Shown here one piece after another: positions 1 to 12,320 of a stretch of DNA of 64,000 nucleotides (its first letter is position 1; every line of letters starts with the position of its first letter). The DNA comes from Tubiluchus corallicola (lineage: Eukaryota > Animalia > Priapulida). The notes below the pieces were generated by a model. That model ran no database searches. It was given only the letters and a program-made list of their open reading frames with translations, and was not told where the DNA came from. The stretch covers positions 944,056 through 1,008,055 of the forward strand of contig JAQGDQ010000032.1 in NCBI GenBank assembly GCA_030141605.1, given 5' to 3'. The translations under genes were made by a program, and so were the position numbers.

Positions 1-3000
1 GTCAAAAAATGCATCACAACACTTATCACAAACTTTTATCCAGTGAGCCAGTATGTGAGAAGTAAGATCAAGCCTGTTTGAGAATGTACCATTGCAGATG
101 ATGCAAGTCATTGGTTGCAGTTTCTCGCTCATGTGCACGAATTCATGCAGCTTGTGTTGTGTCCGATCAAAGAATTTTAAAGAGCATTCTGAACAAGTAA
201 AGTCACCTTGGGTTTTTGGTGTTGAATTTGGGCTACCTTTCTTGGATATTTGTGGCAAGTCACATGTTTTTACCCAAGAGGGATCTTTTATGTTGGACAC
301 CTGTTCAGAATCTTTTGAGTTCTTGGTAGATAAATCCAGAACAGTGTCATAGGTTTCGTCCACCACCACATCCATCTCTTCTTGAGAAACATTTCTTTCT
401 GCAATCATATTTGGTTTACAAGTGTGCCCCTCCATATCCTCACAGCTTGCAAAATAGTTCTTGCATAGTTTACAGAAAAATGGAAGCACACTTTTAAGTG
501 CACAAGCATTAATATGTTGTTCAAACCTATTATACACTACAAAGCAAAGACTACATAATCCACAGACGAACAACTGCCTGTACTTTTCATGAGACTGCAT
601 GTGACTACGAATGCTATCCAAAGAATAAAATGATTGTTCGCAGACTCCACATGTACCTCTTATTCTAGAAGCAAAATCCTTGGTCACATCAATCACTTCA
701 TTCGTACTGTCTTCAGTTGCAGCAGGTGAACTTTTCAGTTGTCTGTCTGGTGATAATTGCTCGCTTTCAGCATGTATTCCTGCATTTTCATTAGCAAACT
801 TACATAAATGGTGATAATGAGTGTCTTCTGCATCAAACGACGTGTTACATTTCATGCACACATAAACCAAGCTACTGTGAATTAATGAGTGATTGTACAA
901 CTTATCAATGCTTGGATGCATTGTCAAACATACGCCACATCTATATCTTGGTGATTGTTTCGATTCCACACTTACTGCTGTTACAGTCGAAGTAATTGAG
1001 GCTAATGGAGAACTTGATGAAATCGTCAAATCGTTTACATTTTTGATGCCATTTGTAGCCATTGGTATGGTCACATTTTGTGATGAGTTAGATATAAGCG
1101 TGTCTGCACTTGTAGTCAGCCATTTATCAAAAGAATCATTCAGTCTGTTTTCAAATGATGTGGCAGTCAACGTAGGCATTGAAATAACTGAAGATGAACT
1201 ACCAAATGAGCTGAAATTTGGAGATTCACCTGGTCGAATAAATGTCACTGGTATATTAAACGTAGTAGAATACACGGACCCTTGATTAGGTTTGCTGACA
1301 TTTATAACAGGCTTGTTTTGGAAGTCACGTAGTGGAGATGGAGAAAGGCGACTACGTGTTAGCAAACTTCTGACGCAACTGCCCTCTGGTATTGCCTTGC
1401 TGGAAGTTGCGGCTGTGGGCATTCGAGTAAGCATTCTACTACCAATTGAGTTCATAAAACCAAATGGAATCTTCGAACTTGCCATTGAAAACGTTTGCGG
1501 TATGTTGCTTATCATACTGTTCGCATGTGCAGATTTTGTAATTGATTCCGGAAAATGTGGTTGTCCTACCACAAACGTGGATAACAATTCTCCTGATGAT
1601 AAGCGCCTTTTGTATACTATCTCACCAGGTTCAGTCTCAGTTTCCAGTGCATCTGTCTCATTCTGATCAACAGCTTCACGTACGTGAACACGCACATGCC
1701 CAGTTAATTCCTTTATACTGGCAAACTTTGAGCAACATAACGTGCAGGAAAAGAGAGGTTCTCTGAGTTCTCTCATATCGGCACCACAAATTAGCTGTTT
1801 CTTGTCAAAAACATTAGTTGATGTATTTGCCAATGTAAGCACCGAATCAACGTCTTTGTCAGTAGTAAGTGAAGACGATTGCATCGAAGAACACTTTTGA
1901 TTGCCTTCTTGGTGGGATTTCTCGACAATGGGGCTCTCAGTCTTTGCTATCTTAGCTGGCAAAGGCTTAGTGGAAAGATCCATAGCCAAGTCACTGTCTT
2001 TTGGCGAATCGTAACTAGTACCCGAACTGCTCGAGCTTTTTACTGCACGTGCCAAATCTGGTTTCATTTTCAGCTTCCTCTTCTGTAAGGAAAATGTTCG
2101 CCGTGAAACCAGAGAAGCTGAAGGGTGATACTTTTCCCTGTGATGCTCTAAAGAGGATTCGAATCCAAATATTGCATCACACAACTTACACTTATGTACA
2201 ATACCATTGGTGTGTGAATTGGCAATGTGGTCTTTCAATTGAGTTTTTAAAGGAAAACCTTGGAGGCACATGTCACATCTGTATGGATCGTATCCCTCGT
2301 GCTTCTCCATGTGAAGTGTAAAAGTTCTCCGGTGGATGAAACGATCTCCGCAAACATAACATTCATATGGTTTTTCCCCAGTATGACGTCTCAAATGAAC
2401 CTAAAAAAGGGAAAACTATTTTAGCTCAAAACCTTAAAAATTATAAAGGATAAAACACATTTGTCAGAAACACATTCGAAAGAGATGGAATAGAATCATG
2501 GTTATTTAATATTGGAATCAAATTCAAATAAAGGAAATGCGGAACAGTTGAAACGGAGCAATGATTTTTGAAATAACCACCTTTAGATTACAAGTCCAAC
2601 ACAATGAATACCAGGTCAAACATTTCTTCTTGTGATCCGGGTACGTCTTAATTCATGCTAATATCTTACCAACCCAAGAATTCTACAGCAAGTCTGTGCT
2701 CAGTCCAACTTTTTCATATTTCCAACTTCTCGGCCAAAATTTGGTTTCTAAAATTCAGTGAATTGCTAGTTTATTCCATCATTAATTGACAATCGTGAAT
2801 AACTGAAATATTTAAAAGTAGTTGGATGTGAAACCCAATGTAGGCGCTTAACCACCTGAATCCTAACCCATCCGAGGCAAAAGCCACTTTTAAATCCAAG
2901 ATGTCCGCCACACATGGTGAGCTTTCGGGTGGCTAATGAGTGTGCTAAAAATTTCTATATTATCGAATGCTAATTGTGTGCCATTCTTCATGTTTTTAAG

Positions 3001-3979
3001 GGCAAAGACCCAATTGATAAACTGAGCTGCCACAATAGAATATTCTACCACTTTGAGACGCATGTGACAATAGACTGAAAGAGTTCATAACTTAATTTGC
3101 TATGAATAATTAATACAAAAACATTGAAACATAGCATGCGCATTTCACGTTAACTAACTGCATTATTTTCCTCTAGATCATTTTTGATGGCTCGTAGAGA
3201 ACTTCATTAGTTGTCGAGAACGTGTTATCAAAAATGGACAAATTGTGGTATCCACTATAGGCGTGCTTAACATTTAAAAATATTCGCATAGTTGATAGAT
3301 CTAGTTATGCTAGGTGATAGTCCTCCAAACAGTTAGCTTATCAATGCTGTAAAAATAGCCCATTTTACGCTATTGATAAGTTTACTGTTTGGAGGATTAT
3401 CACCTGAAATTATACGTTTAGGTTATAAAACGTACATTATAAGTTAAGAAAAAATAATACGAATAATTGGCTATCAAGGAGCAGAAGCAGAATCACCACC
3501 ACAACCACTACCACCACCACTACCACCACCAACAACAACAACAGAAAAACTTCCCACACAAGCACAAGAGAAGAGGAGCAATAACAAAGCCATTCAACAC
3601 GGACACACTAGAGAGCACTTTTGCTTTGCCAATCTGCCGTTTTTTCGCTTAAATAATACAGCAGACGCTATTATCCATTATTACTACGTAAACGGGTAAG
3701 ACCAACTCTAAAGTGTGAACTAACCTTTAGGCTTTCCGGAGTTGTGCAAGCCCGTGGACACAGTTTGCACTGATACGGCTTCTCTCCTGTATGTGAACGC
3801 AGATGTATGGCCAACTTGCTGGGAAATATGAATGAAGCTGGGCAATAGCGACATTTTAGTCTCTCTTTACGCTGCTGCTGTCCTCTCTCGGGCGTCTCAT
3901 TCGAGGTGTTTCCCTGCTCTTCTTTAAGAATGGAATCTGCCTTTGTCGACTCCTCTTCCTTCGATTCGTTAGAGCTCAT
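1..3979 (-). CDS. Multi-C2H2 zinc-finger protein (about 13 or more fingers), 3' end outside window. Coding exons 3979-3725 and 2400-<1
   Basis: Exon 1 MSSNESK...CRYC...[16 protein letters not shown]...SLK ends at a GTTAGT donor (3724). The ttttttAG acceptor at 2402-2401 resumes in phase 0 with [17 protein letters not shown]. Further fingers read in the large exon include CTLC..HVRVH and CGVC..HSLIH. The exon is absent from the ORF track, consistent with its stop lying outside the window. Confidence 0.93.
3312..3405. repeat. ~94 bp imperfect palindrome (small MITE or hairpin) in the zinc-finger intron
   Basis: Left arm aggtgatagtcctccaaacagttagcttatcaat pairs with right arm attgataagtttactgtttggaggattatcacct around a short loop. 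Confidence 0.8.
3493..3545 (+). repeat. (CAC)n/(CAA)n microsatellite
   Basis: Direct reading. It explains the poly-His/Gln ORF 3467-3652. Confidence 0.85.
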
Positions 3980-6900
3980 CTTGATGACGCATACTTAAAA
4001 AACAAAGGTGGGGTACTGTATCGCTAATCCTAAAACTCAAGAAATAAAAATGCTGTGACCAATTCACCACACAAATTTCATATTCGATAATAAGAACAAC
4101 AATAATATAATAGCCTGAGTTTAAGTGGTAATCTTTCAACATCATCTAGAATTTAAATTAATAAACTGTAGTCTTTCCATATTAACCTGTATTGAGTATT
4201 TAATGCTTGGGCTGGACCGTGAGTCTGTTAATAAGCTCGCACCCACTACCTCACCCATCTTTATTGAGAAATTCACAAATTAGACATACGATCTAAGATA
4301 CTGTTCGATAAAAGCAAAACTGTCATTGTGCAATAACTGACTTTTCGTGAACTCATCTTATATTGATTCATATATAGAATTCAAAAATCCAAAAAATTCA
4401 GGCTGATATAACGGAGCAAATTTTACAAACAGGAATGTAATAAAACATGTCTAAAAATTTATCTAACTTAAACAGTGGCTGTAGTTTTCACGTCTTGTGT
4501 GAGTTCTTGTAATTTTCTCACTCATTGTAAAATTTGTTTTATAACACCGCTACCAAGAAAGAGTGGAATTTCAAATTATTTCACATTCCACGATTGTATC
4601 AGATTCGATAATGTAATAACAGCAATAGTAATAATAATAATAACAATAATTTTAAGCGCTTTACATGAAAATTTTAAAGTACTTTACAATTAATTAAAAA
4701 TTAAGACAAACTAAGTGCATAAAAATACGCTTAATTACAATAAGCCTAATAAATTAAAAAAATATTTCTAAAAAATCTTACTGCTGTTACTATAAAATAT
4801 AATTCCTCTCCAAATACAATAGTTAAAATAATATGAAACATAATATAAAATATTCAAGAAACATCGATGAATGTACCTGTCTATATGTAAACTCAACATT
4901 GACGACTAGCTGTTGTTCATCTTTCCAAAATTATACAGTTTATTTAAAAATTTATTCAAATTGACAAAACGCTTCAGACATACTAATAGGGCACAGAATT
5001 CTAAAAAGTGCAACGTGAACTTCGCATGATCAGAACAGAAAAGGATGTTGGTGACAGGAACAAGTTCAGACAGATCCGATTCTAAAATCATGTGAGAAGG
5101 TGCGCCAGAGTGTTATAAGGTCACAAGTACCAAGCACAAGATACGTGGAAATTCTTATGAATCACAGACGGTGGCTAAATATTGCGAAATAGGCCTAATG
5201 TCAAATAAATGCATATTACTGCCGAAACGTGTCTAACACATTAAGAAAGAATTATCTGCGAACGGTTATTCTTGGATTTTGATGGATTAATAGATTTTTT
5301 TAGAAACAGGCTTGTCTACTAAATATAGTTTTTTGTGCATAGTTGTTATTAAATATTTTTTATTTTGATTTTTCATTTGAGAGTGAACATTATTGTCTTT
5401 GAACACTGAAAAAGCTAAATCAATTTGTATGGTTTGAAATTTAATTCTGAAGAATCTTCAATATTGATTCAGTGGCAAGAAAGTAGAATAATCAAAAACC
5501 AAAAAAAAATTTAAGGGTGTCACGGGCCGAAAAATTGGCTTGAACGGCTAATTATATCATAACGTACTCCACCTGTTGTTTATTAGGTGTAACTGTTTTG
5601 AGTGAAGTATGAATATTCCTGGATACAATAACCGTAATAAGCGTGACTATTATCATTTTGCAAGTTGTATAAACTTTTAATAAATCCAAAGACGCTGTCA
5701 TATTTAAGATCGGTTTAAATAATGTAAATTGGTGAATTTGATTAGCCGGTTTAAGGTCAAAGCTCAATTACAATGTGAAAATGATTAGTTAGAAACTCAA
5801 CCCTCGACAGCCCTTCTTCAAAAATCATTTCATGGAGCTAGGCAGCCAAACTCGGGTAACGTACGGTACTGGATAGTGAACAGATTTCAGTAAACTAATC
5901 AACGGGTATGCATTGATAGCTTAAAACCAATTGTCGGTTTCAACTCAAAAACTGCTTAAGAATTGTTTAATTTATCAAACAGTATCAAACTTTTCGCTGG
6001 CGACGCTGAGTAAATGGTTTGAGAAAGGCAATAAGCCAGTTGACGAACATAAAACTGGTACAGTGTAAACAATAAAAAAACAAAATATAACATCTGATGT
6101 TACAGTACAAAAACCTTGGTCCTCTGTTGCCCTGGATCGTCTTGCTTGTCATTACAGGTATATTTTAAAGGGCGTTAATAAGTTATTTAAGGTTTTCGGT
6201 CTCCTTAACTCTTATATGCCATTAATTATGGTACTTTGAAAGTGTATGCTATCTATGTCTACCATGATCTCCGTTCGTACTGGGCATCTATTTCTTTGGT
6301 TAACCGCTTATTTTATTGTTTATAAATTGAGTTAAATTTATAACGCTACAGTAATAAAAATGAATTATTAACCTAAAGCTATCATTTTTGCCTTCTGATA
6401 TTGTGCTCCTATGTAAAGTACTCTGATTTAAAATGCAACAATCTCGTGCTGTTAATGTTTTAAACGCTATTATACTTTATATGCAAAAATTGACTGTAGT
6501 TCAGTACAGACCGAGATTATGTCATCTCAGTTAGGCCGCTATTCTTACGAAGACAGGCCAGTAACCAACGTAGGCGCTGGTCGCATGCACAGTTTCTGGT
6601 ACATTATTATATAGTGATCATCATTTTTGGATCTACTAGTGTTTTACAAAAATTATCTGAACATCGCAATTTTAATTTAACAATTTTACACGCAGCAGTT
6701 ACAAGTAAATAAAATAACAAGTTGTCAAGCAGGCTTAATATGTATTCAAATAATTAATTTTGCAGGACTTGGTACGTGTGTCCGCATCGCAAGTTTTGCT
6801 CATGCCTCACTGTCATGCTATCTATGAAACACAAACAAGCCAGTTAATTGCTCAATAGTTTAAGGTAACTTCACGTGACATTCATGCCAATTCCTATCTA

Positions 6901-8479
6901 TATTGTAGTCGATTTTATATTCGTGTGTGCTGATAGTAGACGAAGGTAAAGTTTACATATCTATCGGTAATATAAGACTAGGTACTTTGAAGATCAATGT
7001 TCAAAGTAGTCACTCATGTTGCTCTCAAACCTTATCTCCTATAGCATAACCTTATTTGCGCAAGGTCTGTTTGCATAAACCGGAACAACCATGGAAACTG
7101 ATAACACTTTTTAGTATATGGGTTTACTTCCACATTATTATTCGTCGCAATTTATATTAAAGCGGCTAATATTTCTTGGGCGAATATTTAGCTGTGTGGT
7201 CATGGTGTATGCTTGGCTACGAACTCAAGCGTCGTTAGGCCTGGCTAGTAAACAGACGGCTAGCAACCGATGAAACAGGTTTTGACTGGCTTCATTTGCC
7301 ATTCTAAGCCGAGTTATTTCCGGGGATGTACATATATCCAGATTCTATTAATTCAAAGTTTCATCTTGGAGATTGTCCTTGGTAATGAAATAAATTTCGG
7401 TCCTGCCTCAAAACTGTCAGTCCTACTAGTTTGTCATGAATCAAGTGCTGCATGCTTCCTTGAAGTGCATAACAAATGCCACAGACATGTAATAATAAAA
7501 CTTACATTTTGTGATTAAATAAATATTAGAACTATTTCACTTGAGTGCTAATACGTGAGTAACACGAGTAAAGTATATCACTGATAGCAATAATTATTGA
7601 CATTATGTAAAGCAATTTAAATTTTTCGAGTCAACAATGTGTGGATCCACTCCGTGGTACTCCATCCCTTGATCCCCAGCACAGTATTGTCAGTACGTAT
7701 TGGCTTCACGTACAAAGTTTCGATATGTTTATACATTGATTGAATTTCAAAACAGTTTTATTAAAAAAATTATATGCTTTTTGTTACGAGATTTCAGAGG
7801 AACGAATCTGACAAAAACAAAATTGAGAAACCAGTGGGATTAAAAATGTTTTATATTTTGATGAGGACCTTGCATTGCAGCAGTACTAATAAATGTACTC
7901 AACATATTTGCATACAGGAATCCGGTTATGAATTCGCGCTTTGACTCGAAGCCCAAGAAGTGAATTAGTCATTGTACCACAAGCTACATGTAGACCTATG
8001 TCAGGCGAGTCGGGGGAGGGGTCAGGACAGAATATGGAGGGCAAGCAAACGAGGACAGGACAGAACGTATGTGGGAGCAGGCAAGACTGAACGAGACACG
8101 ATAAAAGAGGACAAGACGGATAGGACACGATAAAACATCGTAGCACAAAACAGGGCAGGGATAAGGCTGGATAGCACAAAAAAGCAACTGGGCTGGAACA
8201 GAACTAATAAGACGCAGCAAATAATTCATAAGGAAATCTAGTGAATTTAATTTGCACTCTAGTTTAACTGCCTGCACTGTTGGTTGTAACGTCTCTGTGT
8301 TTTACAAGCTTTAACTGGATTCGAACCTTCAACCCCATTTCAGCCAAGTATCATTTTGTTCTAAAACATTGTGCGCAGTGATGAAGATTAGGCTAAAATG
8401 TAGAAAAAACATCCAGTTTTAAATTTTAGCATTCAATACACAAATAAGCCGCGTTTTCGACAGCAAATAATAGACTCAA

Positions 8480-8955
8480 CGTAAGAGAGATCACGTAAGA
8501 ACAGTCTAAATTAAGATTTTTAAGGCATACCGAGTGGAAACGACAAAATTACATAGACACATGCAAGCCAGAAGACGTTAAAGATATCTTGAAAATAAGA
8601 CTGAATATGATTAAAGTTAAAGGGAACTACAAGAATGAGTTTAAGGATCAGTTATTGTGCCCAGTGTGTGAGGAAGATGATGACACTACTGAACATATGC
8701 TTAGATGTTATAGATATGGAGAATGGAAAAAAATTTGAACTCAGATGTATTAATGAACAGTGAAAAGGAAGGATTGCTAGAAATTAGAAATCTAGTTAAC
8801 GAATGTATGGAATACAGGATAAAGACAAATAAAGACATTAAACTTGGAAAAGACAAACAAAAGATCAGCGTTAAAGAAGAATAGACTTTGCACCCTATAA
8901 AGGTGCCCGCCTCTGATAGGTGGAGAGAGTCGAGTATCGCAATCGCAATCGCAAT
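8480..8955 (+). mobile_element. 5'-truncated non-LTR retrotransposon 3' end (C-terminal CCHC zinc knuckle, microsatellite tail)
   Basis: Frame reads DILKIRLNMIKVKGNYKNEFKDQLLCPVCEEDDDTTEHMLRC, the C-x2-C-x8-H-x3-C motif typical of LINE ORF2 ends. It is followed by a 3' UTR ending in (ATCGCA)3. Confidence 0.75.
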
Positions 8956-9230
8956 AATTCATTTTCAGAGTGATTTTTCCAGGATTAGCCGAATAGGCGG
9001 AGCTTCCACCACAATCGAATGTTAATACATCGCCATTAGATGCCTTTACAAACGTCTTCAAGGCAGAGCTTAATATGATTGCAACAAAGGGTCACCTTTA
9101 AAAGTTACCTCACAAAAAGTTTAACACAAGAAAGCTTACAAGAACATTTAGATAATAAATTAAACGCACAAATTATAAACATAAAAAGCGCAACATACCT
9201 TGATAGCAGAAAATCGCAAAGTAATTAATA

Positions 9231-9473
9231 CTAAAGTTTTTTTGCAAAAGTTTTCAGCAGAGGAATGTTTTCTTTGCAATTTTGCCAGCCTGCCAAACTC
9301 ACAGTTTTCAAGCGATTTCTTGACGGCCAAATAAAATCTCGCGCGATTGAACACTTATAAGTTTTCCAAGAATAGCACTGCTCGGAAAGATGGCCGCTGC
9401 GAGCTTGCTGTATGTTAATAATAAAGAGGCACTCAAGTAAAACGAATGATGCGGTTTTTGACCCAAACTGCAT
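9231..9473 (-). other. Candidate small secreted-protein ORF (80 aa) in a possibly spliced unannotated locus
   Basis: Hydrophobic N-terminus MQFGSKTASFVLLECLFIINIQQARS, then 3 more Cys. Acceptor tttgctttAG at about 9510 and GTAAGT donor at 9629 upstream. No recognisable domain. Confidence 0.3.
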
Positions 9474-11606
9474 GCCTCCTACCTCGTATAGTTTTCAGCT
9501 AAAGCAAATGTTTACGTAATTATTACAAAAACAAATGTCTATTGCGCTTTATTGGTCTGACAAACAATTCAGAAGTCAGAGAGAAAAAATGCATGACAAG
9601 CATTTCCAAGTTGGCATTTAAATACTTACTGCGTATTCTCTTCTTCACAATCAAATTCGCAGTTTCTTGCTAGACCTAATAATGTTGTTCGTGCACCTTT
9701 TGCTGACAGATTCTTGGAATTTGTAAAATGACATCGTGCTAGTATCTTCGATCTGGACGCATAACCAATAAAACTACACCAGCGTTGCTTGGAAATGTTT
9801 AGAAAAGAGGCGATAAAACCGGAAAGTGCGTTCCACGAAGTTATTTTCAGTTCCACGAATTGAGGCGTATAAATAGTGAGGCTGAAGCTTACTAGTGTGA
9901 GCGCTTAATGGTGGCTGAACACACGTGGTCGACCAAAGTACACTTATGTAGGGCGTGCTAAATGTTATGTACTCTGCTAAACTCACATCAGCAGACTAGC
10001 TTACACGGAAAACAAAATTTTAACTGCTCTTTCTCTGTTTATAATCTAAAAATCGGTCTCAAAGTCTGTATCCTTAAAAAGATCCTACCGTTTAGAGCTA
10101 GATAATTTTTAATAGGTTAACGGAGATATGCAATCATTAATTAGGTTAAGTAGCACGCTCAAAAATTAAACAGGTTCCGTATTAATATCAGTTTTTAACG
10201 ACTTTAATAATAATTATTTTAGAAGACTAGCCATTATCAATAAATCCTTTTCACTCAAATATTCATTTTTAAGTGCCAATGTATGAAGAAAAGATTAGTA
10301 ACTAGTGTCGTTTCATGAGCTAAACTTAAAAACACTTTCGTTGCCAAATTCACACTTTCCAAAACGATCTGGTATCAGCCATCGCACTCTGACGAGCCTT
10401 AAAAAGCAAGTTGCGCTAGAAGGTAGTAGCCAGTACATCCATGGAGCTCTTATATAGACATTTCTGACTTACTTTAAATTTGAGAGGTGATTTGAAACTC
10501 CTGAGTAAGCATAAAGCTTACACCACTTCGAGAACTCAAACGTAATTGTAAAATAACTACATCATTATTGTTATATTTATCCTTAATATTTAAAACACAA
10601 ATAATAAACGAAGAGAATAGCCAAACAGCGATTGAATGATGATTTTAATCAATAAAACAAAAAATTTCCTTCCCTATGTATAATGCACATAAGTGAACTT
10701 GAACTTTTTATAAAACATTTTAGGCAACAAAGTGGGAAAATCCAGTTTCATAATTATGATCACGTTCAACAGAATTAGTTTTTGAGATGTGTGTGTGTGT
10801 GTGTGTGTGTGTTAGATATAGTGATCACAATTAAAACTTTCCCAAACAGATTTTCACGGGAATAGCTGTCCTTAATGTTCAAGTTTAAAAATATGCATGT
10901 TCACAATTAAAAATTTAATTAGCACAATTGCAACGTAGAATAGAGTAATTTGTAATTTAGTCTTTTTGGCACTGATGAAGCCTAAATAAGTAGATAAATA
11001 AATAAATAAATAAATATATAAATAAATAAATATTCAAGTAAATGAAATACAAGCAAATTTATATAATTCAGTAAAATTATAAAAAGTTATGGCATCAATT
11101 TGGATAATAATTTTTACAAATAATTCTGCAGTTTTTTACTACAACGTCTATTATATACAGATTATAATAAGGAAATGTAACGTGATTGACAAGTCCTGTT
11201 AATAAATGTATGTTCTTGTACGCACAGTACAAAATTTTAATTATGCGATTTTTTATTCTTAAATAAAGTATGGTACGACTGTGCGGGATTGCTATGTACA
11301 CTATTTCATAAAAATCAGGTACAAAAATTGCAGGATGCAAAATTTTTCCGTAAATTTACGGTACGAAATAAATCCATAGTCACATGAACAAACGTGCTCA
11401 TAAATTTATAAGCTCACATAAACTGGGTCACTGAGAATTTCACTGTATATTTACATTAACCGACAAAATGTTGAGCTATGTGCTTTATATGATCGTCATG
11501 AGTATTATATATATGGCAAGACATAGTATAGTGCTTTTACATAGGGCCACCGTCTAATATCCACACTAATTTACAACATAATATTTGGTTTTAATGACAT
11601 TAATTT

Positions 11607-12320
11607 TTAAATTCTATAACCCCGGGAGTTCAAAAGATAATGCCGGTGGCACTTTCTTCTTACATTGGCGCACATCTTGCGCCTATTTGAGCCAGGTCGT
11701 CTGATAAAGGAAGGTAGATGTTTTTCTTTATTTGGAATGAACTCGTTTTGCAGCTCTTGTTCCGATGAATCAGACATTTTTTTCGTCAACTCAATATTGA
11801 TATTTCCGGCAGCATCCGGATCGGAGAACTCATAATACTCGTCGTAGAACGGCTGCTGCAACTCGTTGAAGATTTCTGCTCTTGACTCGTTTTCATCTAA
11901 ATCTACATTATTGTGATAATCTTCGGGATCATCGGGGTTGATTTTCGGTGCTGAACGCTTAGCTAGTCTCAGTCCATTAAGGTGCGCTTGTTGAAATTGA
12001 TTTAGTCCAAAATTTTGTGGCTTAAGTAATTTTCGTCGAAAACTATCCTTAAATCCAAGTTTGTTGCCCTGCGGAAGAAATTTGGCGCCTTGTTTAGCGC
12101 CATGAAGCAATTGGGGTGCACTGGACATATCTTGCTGAGCTTGTTCTTTCACTTTTGATTTTTCTACAACCTGCAAACATTTCGAACGTATAGCAGCACA
12201 AATTATGCCTCTGCATTCTTTGCTAACTTCTTTGGGGCCTGACGAGTTCTCACACAAAACGCTGGACACGGCCAACAGTAACACAAATCCTGCGCTTATT
12301 TTTGGCAGTAATCTCATCAT
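11607..12320 (-). CDS. Orphan secreted precursor A (237 aa), prohormone/neuropeptide-like
   Basis: Single coding exon preceded by acceptor ttattttcAG (12332-12331). Signal peptide MMRLLPKISAGFVLLLAVSSVLC, basic sites RRK, KR, KK and RRK, and an acidic spacer. Ends MCANVRRKCHRHYLLNSRGYRI*. Confidence 0.88.
   Translation of the reverse strand: MMRLLPKISAGFVLLLAVSSVLCENSSGPKEVSKECRGIICAAIRSKCLQVVEKSKVKEQAQQDMSSAPQLLHGAKQGAKFLPQGNKLGFKDSFRRKLLKPQNFGLNQFQQAHLNGLRLAKRSAPKINPDDPEDYHNNVDLDENESRAEIFNELQQPFYDEYYEFSDPDAAGNINIELTKKMSDSSEQELQNEFIPNKEKHLPSFIRRPGSNRRKMCANVRRKCHRHYLLNSRGYRI

Noticed and set aside
92-2321. Several plus-strand ORFs of 69-130 aa
   Set aside because: Antisense shadows of the large zinc-finger exon on the minus strand.
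7886-8277. Cys/Leu-rich minus ORFs resembling a toxin or metallothionein
   Set aside because: Largely produced by a degenerate 5-bp satellite (gacag/acagg).
10970-11000. CTGATGA-agcctaaataag as a second hammerhead
   Set aside because: No GAAA core after the putative stem II.
11607-11680. Assignment of precursors A/B to calcitonin-type or elevenin-type neuropeptides
   Set aside because: No C-terminal amidation signal, and the Cys positions relative to the terminus do not fit those families.
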